Assembly (NCBI GenBank): GCA_036390755.1
Contig: DASWBH010000389.1
Location: forward strand, 7,269-71,268
Direction: 5' to 3'
DNA: 64,000 nt
Origin: Thermoanaerobaculia bacterium
GTDB lineage: Bacteria > Acidobacteriota > Thermoanaerobaculia > Gp7-AA8
Shown: positions 11,201 to 18,793 of the stretch, piece by piece
How the letters are laid out: every line of letters begins with the position of its first letter
How positions within the stretch are numbered: the stretch's first letter is position 1
The notes under the pieces: generated by a model
The model's input: the letters and a program-made list of their open reading frames with translations, nothing else
The model's database searches: none
Told to the model about the DNA's origin: nothing
Position numbers and translations under genes: made by a program

Positions 11201-12434
11201 GGCGCAGCGCAATCTCTATCGCCTCGGCATATTCAACCGCGTCGACATTCAGCCCGAGCAGGCCGGGACGTCGCTGGCTGAACGCAACATCCTCATTTCG
11301 GTCGAGGAGGGGAAGGACGTCACCGCGAGCGGATCGCTCGGTCTGCTGGCCGAAAGCGGCAGCCAGAATGGACATCGGATCGTCTCGCCGCGACTGGCCG
11401 GCGCTCTCGCCCATCGCAATCTCTTCGGCACGGGCCGGTATCTCGGGTTCGAGGGTGTCTACGCGCCCGGGACGGATCGCGAGGCATACCTGACTTATCG
11501 CGAGCCGTTCGTCGGGCGGCTGGACATCCCGGTGCAGGTCACCATCTTCCAGACCGACGACTTCACGCGGAAGGAGGCGCGCATCCAGCAGCGAGGAACG
11601 GCGATCGAAGCGTCGCGAGTGGTCTTCCTGCGCACGCGCTGGTCCGTGCAGTACCAGTACAAGATCTCCGACTGTAAAGAAGGGCTGATCTGCGCGTCGA
11701 TCAACAAGGATCCGAACGCGCCGGTCCTCGACCTGCCGCGCACGCTGCTGAACATCCAGATTTCGAGCGTCACGCCTACGTTCTTCTGGGATACGCGCGA
11801 CGACATCGTCGACCCGCACCATGGCTTCTTCACCAGCGCCTCAGCGACCTACGCGTTCCCGCTGTTCGCGGCGAAGAGCAACTTCACGAAGGAATTCGCG
11901 CAGGGCGCGTGGTATGTGCCGTTCACCACGCGAACGGTGCTCGCGCTGTCGGGGCGCCTCGGTCTCATTCAGCCGCGTGGCTTCGGCGACCAGCGAATCA
12001 TTCCGCTGTCGGAGCGTTTCCTCGGCGGCGGCGAGACTTCGCATCGCGCGTTCCCGCTCGATCTTCTCGGCGATCTCTGCACGGACCCGGATGAGACGCG
12101 CCGCGGCCGCACGTGCGTTCCGACGCTGGCCGATGTCGATCCCGATCCGAGGAAGGTTCGCCTTGCGCCGCTCGGCGGAAACGGACTGCTGATCGTCAAT
12201 GCCGAATACCGCTTCCCGATCTTCGGACCTGTCGGCGCAGCGGTGTTCACCGATGTCGGCAACGTGTTCGGCACGTCGACGATCCACTTCGACGACTTGC
12301 GCTACGGACTCGGTGTCGGTATGCGCTACATCTCGCCGGTCGGGCCGCTGCGCTTCGACGTCGGCTTCCCGATCATGCGCCGCACGTACGAGCGGCCGTT
12401 CTCGTTCTCGCTGTCGCTCGGCTACGCGTTCTAG
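5205..12434 (+). CDS. TamB/AsmA-like translocation-and-assembly-module protein fused in one ORF to a BamA/TamA-like Omp85 outer-membrane protein (POTRA repeats plus beta-barrel)
   Basis: N-terminal signal-anchor (LKAIVIVGVVGFVLLFLIIGGGWW). Then about 1400 aa of G/T/V/N-rich repeats typical of TamB, ending with a DUF490-like C-terminal motif (..VSFEKRVSNAVRLFVVYNL..VEWAANRDWTMQLTNDQSANQYRVDARFRRLYE). A Pro/Thr-rich linker follows, then POTRA-like repeats (VQFRFDKPLATTTLAQYVTVKTGQPLSLRDVQNTIKALFATGNFRDVRVD..). The C-terminus is an Omp85 barrel (..GNGLLIVNAEYRFPIFGPVGAAVFTDVGNVF.. and last residues LGYAF). No stop codon interrupts the frame. An alternative start lies at the internal Met (MWGCL..) near 5301. 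Confidence 0.85.
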   Translation: MDESTQNSHTLFPHETGPGHHRSARERQRQGPMWGCLKAIVIVGVVGFVLLFLIIGGGWWYLGSRSFADLVSRRIAETLKARLGRDVSIGLVTIDREHLRQVVLNDVRIANAPGALNPYFATVKQVVITGGVDSFWGRKIKVGRIDVVEPKLWFEIYPAGSTLVHNFPRWNSGPPSRYEIVHIEMGMLYARNGMFTFLDRRHQITAVATNLTAQMKVTRAQDLYAGVVVSPLMTVSIQDYLPVNVDLRGGFRFTPGRLELQSIAMKGQGIQAFVSGSVAPLSEAAYNLRVTAQTDLDRIRQIFRVNKTLQGVVAIDSRLAGKAGTFTLDGGWVSADIIADAYELTKAKGHLNVTGDRTIVDVESARYGGGTIAAHYILTKYAEPYPMNVELRYKGVSVEQLFNDWTIRDTGLRAGASGTLTYHWNKDKILEGAGSGTATLAKNAVAFSGATYPIPVGGSTDFELDNGVVTFRRAELDTDASHISLTGTLRIADVYTNLQAKIHSSDFSELDRAGFNFAHSAGKKTYTLLGLGGAGDITGSVRGTLKTPEVVAHVSGTGTKYNNVLLGAADIDLHYDGTKSLLTFDRAIFSEAGGRLSLTGTLVFPDRGPSPQFDIAVDATNYPIDRAMAAVNLKLNVGGGVGTGKLIVTGTPDEGKVTFVNMTVQQGASQLRLAGDVNWLPGKGNVRFNLDIAAREFPVKSILTFLDLGTFPVTGNLTGTLHLEGPKSALQGAGAVTVRNGTIYGEPVNAATADINFTQGKLRATNINVTAPAGNIKGEAELNLTTNQFSYNITSSSIDLSRITLLQSLKGLLGGNVVLTSSGGGTFENPELVVEATLNQTTLRGLNYPADAPPPSLYIAIRGGRLIVRGSAANVLTIEGEGAVGQDMTVDGTVRVTITDIAKVLAMSPNTATIPAAGNAIVDLHLGGKLTSIEALRIDATVPTLSLRVSEHEFTPRAPLRIGLRDGRVVFDSFDLQRTDSVFAVTGFAEITGAKRLGVDVHGDLEAALLQLFMKDVRADGHVALALSIRGTLAAPALHGTAELQNAQVKFAGFPQLIDNINGTLVFNGERVDIDSLRAMVGGGTVVAGGFVTLAGMTPSQFGVTLQGTNVSIRYYEGLTVEGTFNLRVGGDLERMTVTGDANVTRALYFKDFNFQQSLLNVVLSRRGVTPIVAASWQDRVGLRLHVVAPNTLAVRNNVANVTGSAEVDVTGTLANPVIIGDVTLNEGGTVTFQSVDYRVMRGTINFQNPFRIDPYFDVTLEGRVSGGISEIETGPLDVTVNITGTLDRISPTITSDPPASDITLFSILGFGSLSRQGTGTAGAQNIPGVGQSLLIQSLASALGSRIFPFADSFTYDPGQLDTSLGAGRKVSFEKRVSNAVRLFVVYNLDNAKAREVVEWAANRDWTMQLTNDQSANQYRVDARFRRLYEGRWSLGGHGRGAEIFPLASITAVLSPTTMTPAAPPLPTTAVAGVPTGSPVTSVQFRFDKPLATTTLAQYVTVKTGQPLSLRDVQNTIKALFATGNFRDVRVDATPAANGVQVTVSLYLNYRVGKIVYDGISGSGRTRATRDLRVHSGDVLSLNALDNGAASIQEELNRDGYLEAAVDPETTFLQDRNIADITFHVTTGPRAKVGSVTVAGNLAPFSEQELIGRMKEKPGAMFRLLDARSDADRMKNYVVRRDYRRADVAFDSDTYDAASKTVALRYHATIGPVVKVEVTGVPRSAVRKVLPFARNQEYSEDAIDRAADNIVQLYQERGYINAAVDTENHQTDNTWVTTFNVRPGQRFHLTGVTFTGNIKVSDKSLAAQIQTAPSGGIRSLLSTIFRRSTGVTRAQLSADRDAIESYYRMQGFSIATVATPVANTHPDGTLTIDFPIDEGPQTVVAGVMIEGTAQVDAAKLPHLQVKPGAPLNPQLVRTDVLTLQSFYADRGNAEVQITPRIDVSADKTAAHVSYVIAEGPRIKVDEVIVRGNTYTDSDVILRQSELDKGDPFSYTNILEAQRNLYRLGIFNRVDIQPEQAGTSLAERNILISVEEGKDVTASGSLGLLAESGSQNGHRIVSPRLAGALAHRNLFGTGRYLGFEGVYAPGTDREAYLTYREPFVGRLDIPVQVTIFQTDDFTRKEARIQQRGTAIEASRVVFLRTRWSVQYQYKISDCKEGLICASINKDPNAPVLDLPRTLLNIQISSVTPTFFWDTRDDIVDPHHGFFTSASATYAFPLFAAKSNFTKEFAQGAWYVPFTTRTVLALSGRLGLIQPRGFGDQRIIPLSERFLGGGETSHRAFPLDLLGDLCTDPDETRRGRTCVPTLADVDPDPRKVRLAPLGGNGLLIVNAEYRFPIFGPVGAAVFTDVGNVFGTSTIHFDDLRYGLGVGMRYISPVGPLRFDVGFPIMRRTYERPFSFSLSLGYAF

Positions 12435-12673
12435 AACGACGGCTGCACGCTGTCGGCCGCGGCCTGTGCGCGCTCGCTCTCGAGCCGGGCCACGCGAGCG
12501 CGCAGTTCACCGATCTCGTTGTGCAGCTTCGTGAGCTCGTCTTTGACCGCTTCGCGCGCCATCTCCTGCAGCTTCGCGTTGAGGCGCTGCATCTGCTCAG
12601 ACGAAAAAGTCGTCAGCCGGTTGAACGGCTCGCCAAAGATCTCGCGGAGGAACTGCTCGAAGTCCTGAGCCAT
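12431..12673 (-). CDS. Small coiled-coil hypothetical protein (80 aa)
   Basis: MAQDFEQFLREIFGEPF...LQEMAREAVKDELTKLHNEIGELRARVARLESERAQAA. Its stop codon overlaps the stop codon of the giant + strand gene (cTAg). There is no homology anchor. Confidence 0.35.
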   Translation of the reverse strand: MAQDFEQFLREIFGEPFNRLTTFSSEQMQRLNAKLQEMAREAVKDELTKLHNEIGELRARVARLESERAQAAADSVQPSF

Positions 12674-12710
12674 GATGCCGAACACGGCAGCAAGCAGAAT
12701 GCCTGAACGA

Positions 12711-14861
12711 CTAACCGTGTGGTTTCTGATCCGGCTTCCCTTGCGGATTCTCCGGCGCCTTTGCCTCTTCGTCGACGCGCTTGCCGGTCGAAGTGTCGAA
12801 TACGGCATTGCGCAGGAACGATTCGGTCGTCCACGGCGCCCCTCCACCACCCACGTACTTGTGGAACCACTCCAGATGCGCCGTGTAGTACAGCGCCATC
12901 TCGTACCAGTTCGGCCAGTGTCCCGACTCGGAGAAGACGATCAGGCGCGACGGCACGCCCATCTTCTGCAGCGACGTGAACATCTGCAGCCCCTGCGTGT
13001 ATGGAACGCGGAAGTCGAGCTCGCCCGTCAGCACCATGCACGGCGTCTTGAAGTTCTGTACGTAATTCGACGGCGACCACTTCTGGTACAGCTCCGAATT
13101 CCAGGGCTGTCCCTTCAGGTCCCACTCCGGAAACCACAGCTCCTCGGTCGCGCCATAGAACGACCGCAGATCGAAGAGGCCCATCATCGACGCGATCGCC
13201 TTGAATCGCGTGGTGTGTCCTTCGAACCAGTTCATCATGTAGCCGCCGTACGACCATCCCATCGCGGCCATCCGGTCGCGATCGACATACGGAAGCTTCT
13301 CCAGAGCGTCGGTGACGAGCATGAGGTCGTCGAACGGCTTCCCGCCCCAGTCGCCGGAGATCTCGGCCGTGAACTCCTGGCCGAAGCCGGTCGAGCCGTG
13401 CGGATTCGGGAACGCGACTACGTAACCGGCGCCCGGATAGACCTGCCAGTCGCCGCGGAACGAATCGGCCCATAGCGACTGCGGTCCGCCGTGCACGTTC
13501 AGAATCAACGGGTACTTCCTGTTCGGATCGAAGTCGTGCGGCTTGACGATGAAGACCTGGATCCGCGCGCCGTCCGTTCCGGTCACCCACATCACCTCGG
13601 CGGGCCGGATGTCGACTTCGTTCACGATCGCGTCGTTCAGATGCGAGATGCGGCTGCGCGCCGGCGTCGTCGTGAAATCGGAGCGGTAGACCTCGCTCGG
13701 CTCGCCGACCGAGCGGCCGATGTAGTAGATCGTTCGGCCGCCGCCGGCGATCCGGAATGCGTCGACGGTGCGATCGGAGAACACGCGCGTGCTCGTGCCG
13801 GTCGCGACGTCGACCCTGAAGAATGGATTGATGCCTTCGACCGCTCCGGTGAAGTAGATCGTTCGCGAGTCGTCGCTCCAGTCGAAGTCGTCGATCCAGT
13901 TGTTGAAGCCGGGCGTGACGATGCGCGACGTGCCCGCGCGCCGGTCGTACACGGCCAGCTGAAAGAGGCTCGACTCGTATCCGGGATCGCGCTGCCGCCG
14001 GTAGGCGATGTAGCGCCCGTCCGGCGAGTATTTCGGACTGCCGTCGAATGCCTTGTTGTCGGCCGTGATATCGCGCGGGGTGCCGGGATTGGTTACCGAG
14101 ATCAGATACAGATCGTTGTTGGTCGACGCCGCCGGGACCGGATCGGGATTTCCCGCGACCGCCAGCTCGGATCCATCAGGTGAAAAGTCGTATTGCAGAG
14201 GTCCTCCGAGCTGGAACGGCGGGAAGTCTTTCGATCCGGGAGTGAGATCGCGCGTCCTGCCGCTGTCGACTTCGACGATCCAGGTGTGCGTCACGGTCCC
14301 GTCTTTCCATGACTTCCAGTGACGATAGAGGAGCTGATCGGCTGTGTGCGCCTTCAGCTTCCCGTTGTTCCAGCGATCGGCAACGCGCTTGTTGCACGCG
14401 TCGTCGCCGTTGCACTCCGGATAGACGTCGGTCGAGAACGCGATCCGCTTTCCGTCGGGCGACCAGACCGGATCGGAGACACCGGTCGAGATGTTCGTCA
14501 GCTCGCGCGGCTCGCCGCCGCCGAGGGGCAGCAGATACAGATTTCCGAGGCCGTCCTTCGTGCGGACGAACGAGAGATACCGGTTGTCGGGCGAAAAGCC
14601 GGGCGATGAATCGAGATCGCCCGACGTGACCTGATGCGGATCGCTGCCGTCGGCTCCGGCCATCCAGATGCGCGTCGTGCGTTTGCCGTGCGGCAGATCG
14701 GTCGTGGCGACGGTGAACGCGACGCGGCGCTCGTCGTGCGAAAGCGCGAGCTCGGTCACTGAGCGGAGGCGGTAGAGGTCCTCGATCGTGAACGCGCGTT
14801 TCTGCGCGAACAGCGGCAGCGCGACGAGGAGAAGGGCGGCAGACAGAGCGAGTTTTCTCAT
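12711..14861 (-). CDS. S9 family serine peptidase (prolyl oligopeptidase / acylaminoacyl-peptidase type) with N-terminal beta-propeller; secreted
   Basis: Signal peptide MRKLALSAALLLVALPLFAQ. TolB/WD40-like propeller repeats (SPDG.., SPDGK..). C-terminal alpha/beta hydrolase with GWSYGGY (catalytic Ser) and ESGHW. Confidence 0.85.
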   Translation of the reverse strand: MRKLALSAALLLVALPLFAQKRAFTIEDLYRLRSVTELALSHDERRVAFTVATTDLPHGKRTTRIWMAGADGSDPHQVTSGDLDSSPGFSPDNRYLSFVRTKDGLGNLYLLPLGGGEPRELTNISTGVSDPVWSPDGKRIAFSTDVYPECNGDDACNKRVADRWNNGKLKAHTADQLLYRHWKSWKDGTVTHTWIVEVDSGRTRDLTPGSKDFPPFQLGGPLQYDFSPDGSELAVAGNPDPVPAASTNNDLYLISVTNPGTPRDITADNKAFDGSPKYSPDGRYIAYRRQRDPGYESSLFQLAVYDRRAGTSRIVTPGFNNWIDDFDWSDDSRTIYFTGAVEGINPFFRVDVATGTSTRVFSDRTVDAFRIAGGGRTIYYIGRSVGEPSEVYRSDFTTTPARSRISHLNDAIVNEVDIRPAEVMWVTGTDGARIQVFIVKPHDFDPNRKYPLILNVHGGPQSLWADSFRGDWQVYPGAGYVVAFPNPHGSTGFGQEFTAEISGDWGGKPFDDLMLVTDALEKLPYVDRDRMAAMGWSYGGYMMNWFEGHTTRFKAIASMMGLFDLRSFYGATEELWFPEWDLKGQPWNSELYQKWSPSNYVQNFKTPCMVLTGELDFRVPYTQGLQMFTSLQKMGVPSRLIVFSESGHWPNWYEMALYYTAHLEWFHKYVGGGGAPWTTESFLRNAVFDTSTGKRVDEEAKAPENPQGKPDQKPHG

Positions 14862-14919
14862 CGCGCGACGCCGCAGCAATTCGCAGGCCGTCAGGCAAGC
14901 TGGGCTATCATCCGCGCTC

Positions 14920-15693
14920 ATGCCGCTGCTGGAAGGCAAGACGGGCCTGATCTTCGGCGTCGCCAATAAGCGGTCCATCGCGTGGGCGATCGCCCAGGCG
15001 CTCTCGCGCGAAGGGATGCGGCTGGCATTCACGTATCAGGGCGAACGGCTGAAGGAAGGCGTCGAGAGTCTCACCACGACCCTGGATGGCTCCGTGCTTC
15101 TGCCGTGCGACGTCACGAACGATCAGGAGATCGAGACGGTTTACCGCGAAGTGGACGCGAAGTTCGGCCGTCTGGACGCGCTCGTCCACTCGGTTGCGTT
15201 CGCGCCGCGCGAGGATCTCGAGAATGAATTCGTGCGGACGTCGCGCGACGGCTTCAAGACCGCGCACGATATCTCCGCGTATTCACTCGTGGCGTTGACG
15301 CGCGCGGCGGTGCCGCTGATGGAGAAGAACGGCGGCGGCGCAGTGCTGGCGATGACGTACTACGGCGCCGAAAAAGCGGTGGAAGGCTACAACCTCATGG
15401 GCGTCGCCAAGGCGTCGCTCGAAGCATCCGTCCGCTACCTCGCCGCGAACCTCGGACCGAAGAACATCCGCGTCAACGCGATCTCCGCCGGGCCCGTGAA
15501 CACGCTCGCCGCGCGCGGCATCAAAGGATTCACGGGCATGCTCCATCATCACGCCGAGAGAGCGCCGCTGCGCCGCAACGTCGAGCTCGAAGAGATCGGC
15601 AACGCGGCGCTGTTCCTGGCTTCTCCGATGTCCTCCGGCATCACCGGCGAAGTGATGTTCGTCGACGCCGGCTACAACATCATCGGACTTTAG
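14920..15693 (+). CDS. fabI: Enoyl-[acyl-carrier-protein] reductase (NADH)
   Basis: MPLLEGKTGLIFGVANKRSIAWAIAQAL.., a full FabI signature including YYGAEKAV and MGVAKASLEASVRYLA. Confidence 0.93.
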   Translation: MPLLEGKTGLIFGVANKRSIAWAIAQALSREGMRLAFTYQGERLKEGVESLTTTLDGSVLLPCDVTNDQEIETVYREVDAKFGRLDALVHSVAFAPREDLENEFVRTSRDGFKTAHDISAYSLVALTRAAVPLMEKNGGGAVLAMTYYGAEKAVEGYNLMGVAKASLEASVRYLAANLGPKNIRVNAISAGPVNTLAARGIKGFTGMLHHHAERAPLRRNVELEEIGNAALFLASPMSSGITGEVMFVDAGYNIIGL

Positions 15694-15702
15694 GGAGAAG
15701 AG

Positions 15703-15900
15703 ATGGCCGTCAATCCGCGCGAGAATGTCAAAAGCAAAGGTTTCTGGGATGGCGGAGGCTCCGGCCACGGCACGAACAAAGAATCCTCAGGCCGGCCGAG
15801 CGGTCTGCCCGGCACGCGCAAACCAAAAGTCGCGGGCGTGAACACCGACGTTGAATTTCCGCCGGACGACCAGAGCAAACCTCAGGAACCGAAGAGCTAG
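15703..15900 (+). CDS. Small hydrophilic hypothetical protein (65 aa)
   Basis: Good SD (GGGAGAAGAG) 4 nt upstream of the ATG. Gly/Lys/Pro-rich with no recognisable domain. Confidence 0.35.
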   Translation: MAVNPRENVKSKGFWDGGGSGHGTNKESSGRPSGLPGTRKPKVAGVNTDVEFPPDDQSKPQEPKS

Positions 15901-16027
15901 TCGTCTTGCTCGTGGCACCTCGGCGACACTCTCAAGAAGGCAGGAATGGAGCGAGCAATCCGGGCGACGGATGACTCGATCGTGCCGCCCGCCTCCCAGA
16001 TCCCTCGCTCACGCTCGGGATGACAGA

Positions 16028-16453
16028 TCACTGCTCGTGGATCGTGTAGTCGATCTTCACCGACCCGCTCGCGTCGATTCTCCCCTGGACCTTCACGGTC
16101 GACTTCTGCTTCATCACGCCGATGGCCAGACCCTCGCCTTCGAGCAGGAAGTCGTTGCTGTTGCGTCTGAGCGTGCCGGTCATCGTTCCCTGGAAGTCGT
16201 TCGCGTTCACCGTCGCGTTGTTGCGGACGACGATCTGGAACGCGGCGAGCTCGGCGCCATTTTCCGCGAGCGCCTGCGCCACGACGTGAGCGCGGAACCG
16301 CTGCGCTTCCCCCAGCGCGCGCGACGAATCCATCAGCAGCAGCTCCATCAGCGCGAAGTAGAGCATCGCGAGAACGAGCGCTGTGATGAGCACGTAACCG
16401 CGCTCGCGGCGGTCAGTCGTGGGCGCGCGGCTGAAGATATTGATCGATCGCAA
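16028..16453 (-). CDS. Pseudopilin-like protein with N-terminal hydrophobic segment (third gene of a prepilin-type cluster)
   Basis: ..RERG|YVLITALVLAMLYFALMELLL.. resembles a GspK/minor-pilin N-terminus without Glu5. The start is uncertain: TTG at 16453, or GTG at 16393. Confidence 0.4.
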   Translation of the reverse strand: MRSINIFSRAPTTDRRERGYVLITALVLAMLYFALMELLLMDSSRALGEAQRFRAHVVAQALAENGAELAAFQIVVRNNATVNANDFQGTMTGTLRRNSNDFLLEGEGLAIGVMKQKSTVKVQGRIDASGSVKIDYTIHEQ

Positions 16454-16931
16454 GTTTTCCGTTGCCGTCCTTCGCTGTGAAGCGAACACCGAAAGGATGC
16501 CCCGGCGTCTCCACCGCATCGATGTTCGCGGCGAAGTCGGGAGGCAATCCGCGCGCGACCCACTCGGTCGCGACGCCCACGTTGTACGAGATTCGATGCA
16601 CTTCGCGCGGCGTGTTGAAATCCCACACCACCGTCTGCACGCCATTGCTGACGATCGTGTCGATGATCAGCGTCTTCGGCGATTGCGTGTACTTCCCGTT
16701 CCCGGCATTGTCGCGATAAGGGTTGCTGCCGAATGCGTCGAGCACATCGCGACGCATGCGCGACAGCACCGCGATCACCTGCGGGTGCTGCATGAAATTC
16801 ACGGGATACCTCCGCTCCTGCCTGCGCATCTCCAGCGACAGGACGCCGAGGATCATGAGGAACGTGCCGAAAATGGCGAGGGTGACGACGAGCTCCAGCA
16901 GTGTGAACCCGCGGCTTCGCCTTCTCACCAC
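16413..16931 (-). CDS. Prepilin-type N-terminal cleavage/methylation domain protein (type IV minor pilin / T2SS pseudopilin)
   Basis: A GTG start preceded by a GGAGGA SD. The leader MVRRRSRG|FTLLELVVTLAIFGTFLMILG has Phe1 and Glu5. Confidence 0.65.
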   Translation of the reverse strand: MVRRRSRGFTLLELVVTLAIFGTFLMILGVLSLEMRRQERRYPVNFMQHPQVIAVLSRMRRDVLDAFGSNPYRDNAGNGKYTQSPKTLIIDTIVSNGVQTVVWDFNTPREVHRISYNVGVATEWVARGLPPDFAANIDAVETPGHPFGVRFTAKDGNGKLAIDQYLQPRAHD

Positions 16932-17308
16932 AGGTTTCCTCCGCCGGTGTCGACGCGCATGATCGCGAGCTTCGCCTGCTTCTTGCCGTTGCGCCACTTG
17001 ATCATCATCGTGACCGTCTTCACGCCGGGACTCGTCGCGGTCACGTCGATGCTCGTGCTGTAGGGCTGCAGCGGCCGCAGCAGATCCGTCGACGTCGTGA
17101 ACGATCCCATCGGCAGGACGTCGGCGAACGGCACGCGCCGCTGCAACTCCACCTCGTTCGCCAACACCTGATACGCGAGAATCAGCTCCGAGGCCTGCTG
17201 CAGGCGGCGGTTGCGCTCGATGAAGACAGCCAGCGTGGTCGTGATGACGAGCGTGAGAATCAGCAGAGCAAACAACAGCTCGACGAGGGAAAAACCGCGC
17301 TGGCGCAT
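16925..17308 (-). CDS. Prepilin-type N-terminal cleavage/methylation domain protein (pseudopilin, GspG/I-like size)
   Basis: MRQRG|FSLVELLFALLILTLVITTTLAVF is a classic class III signal with Glu5. The stop overlaps the start of the next pseudopilin (GTGGTGA). Confidence 0.7.
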   Translation of the reverse strand: MRQRGFSLVELLFALLILTLVITTTLAVFIERNRRLQQASELILAYQVLANEVELQRRVPFADVLPMGSFTTSTDLLRPLQPYSTSIDVTATSPGVKTVTMMIKWRNGKKQAKLAIMRVDTGGGNLW

Positions 17309-17383
17309 GGGACCGTCTTCGATTGTACGCAATCGACCGCCCCGGCCACTGTTCAGCAGTCACTTTGTTAGACTGCGCGGCCG

Positions 17384-18793
17384 ATGAAGCTCCGCTTCGC
17401 CCCTTCGCCGACCGGCTTACTGCACGTCGGCGGCGCCCGCACGGCGATCTTCAATCTGCTGCACGCGCGGCGATATGGCGGCAACATGCTGCTGCGCATC
17501 GAAGACACGGACGTCGAGCGCTCGCGGCAGCATCACGCCGAGCAGATCGTCAGCTCGCTGCGGTGGCTCGGCATCGACTGGGACGAAGGTCCGGTCTACC
17601 AGAGCGATCGGCTGGCGCGATACCGCGAGCGCGCCGAAGAGCTCGTGCAGACGCGCAAGGCCTACCGCTGCTACTGCACGATCGAAGAGCTCGAGGCCGA
17701 GCGCGTCGCTGCGGAAAAAGCCGGCAAGGCGTATCGATACTCCGGGAAGTGCCGCGCGATCGCCGAAGCGGGCGAGGCGCCGCGCGAGATCCCGCACGTG
17801 ATCCGGTACAAAGTCGGCCACGGCTCGATCGATTTTCACGATCTCATTCGCGGCGACGTCCACTTCGACGCCGATCTGATCGACGACTTCGTGCTGCTTC
17901 GCTCGGATGAGAATCCCACGTACCACCTGTCGGTCGTGGTCGACGACATCGATATGGAGATCACGCACGTCGCGCGCGGCGACGACCACCTGTCGAACAC
18001 GCCGAAGCACATCCTGTTGTTCCGCGCGTTCGGCGCCGAGCCGCCTGCGTTCGCGCACCTCCCGCTGATCCTCGGACCCGACCGCAAGCGTCTCAGCAAG
18101 CGCACCGGCGCGACCTCGGCCGAGGAGTATCGGGAGATGGGGATTCTGCCGGCGGCGCTGTTCAACTTTCTCCTGCTCCTCGGCTGGGCGCCCGGCGACA
18201 ACCGCGAGATCCTCAGCCGCGACGAAGCGGCGGCGATGTTCGATCTGTCCGACGTCAATAAAGCGCCGGCGGTCTTCGATCAGGAGAAGCTGCTCTGGAT
18301 GAACGGACAGTACATGATGCGGACGAGCACCGAGGATCTTTATCTGTATGTCGCGCCGTTCCTCGGCTTCGATGCGCCGCCGCTGGAGAGCGTGCGCAAC
18401 GTGCTCGAGTTGAACAAGACGAGAGCGCGGACGTTGAAGGATCTCGCCGCGCTGATGAAACCGTATCTCGCGACCGATGACGCGGTGACGTACGACGAAG
18501 AGGCTGTGAAGAAGCACCTCAAGGGCGAGGATCTCGCGAGCAGGCTCGCGGAGTTGCGCGACGCGCTCTCGCGCACCGAGCCGTTCGACGTCACGACCAG
18601 CGAGCAGGCGCTGCGCGCGCTCGCGGAGTCGCGCGGCATCAGCGCCGGCAAATACATCCATCCGCTTCGCGTCGCCCTTCTCGGCGTCGCGGCATCGCCG
18701 CCGATTTTCGATGTCGCGGTCACGCTGGGAAAGGAGCGCTCGCTGCGCCGCCTTCAGCGCCTGATCGACCGTCTGCCGGAGCTGGCCGCCTGA
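17384..18793 (+). CDS. gltX: Glutamate--tRNA ligase
   Basis: MKLRFAPSPTGLLHVGGARTAIFN.. (HVGG variant of HIGH). A KLSKR-type motif (RLSKRTG) is present. Full length is 469 aa. Confidence 0.95.
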   Translation: MKLRFAPSPTGLLHVGGARTAIFNLLHARRYGGNMLLRIEDTDVERSRQHHAEQIVSSLRWLGIDWDEGPVYQSDRLARYRERAEELVQTRKAYRCYCTIEELEAERVAAEKAGKAYRYSGKCRAIAEAGEAPREIPHVIRYKVGHGSIDFHDLIRGDVHFDADLIDDFVLLRSDENPTYHLSVVVDDIDMEITHVARGDDHLSNTPKHILLFRAFGAEPPAFAHLPLILGPDRKRLSKRTGATSAEEYREMGILPAALFNFLLLLGWAPGDNREILSRDEAAAMFDLSDVNKAPAVFDQEKLLWMNGQYMMRTSTEDLYLYVAPFLGFDAPPLESVRNVLELNKTRARTLKDLAALMKPYLATDDAVTYDEEAVKKHLKGEDLASRLAELRDALSRTEPFDVTTSEQALRALAESRGISAGKYIHPLRVALLGVAASPPIFDVAVTLGKERSLRRLQRLIDRLPELAA

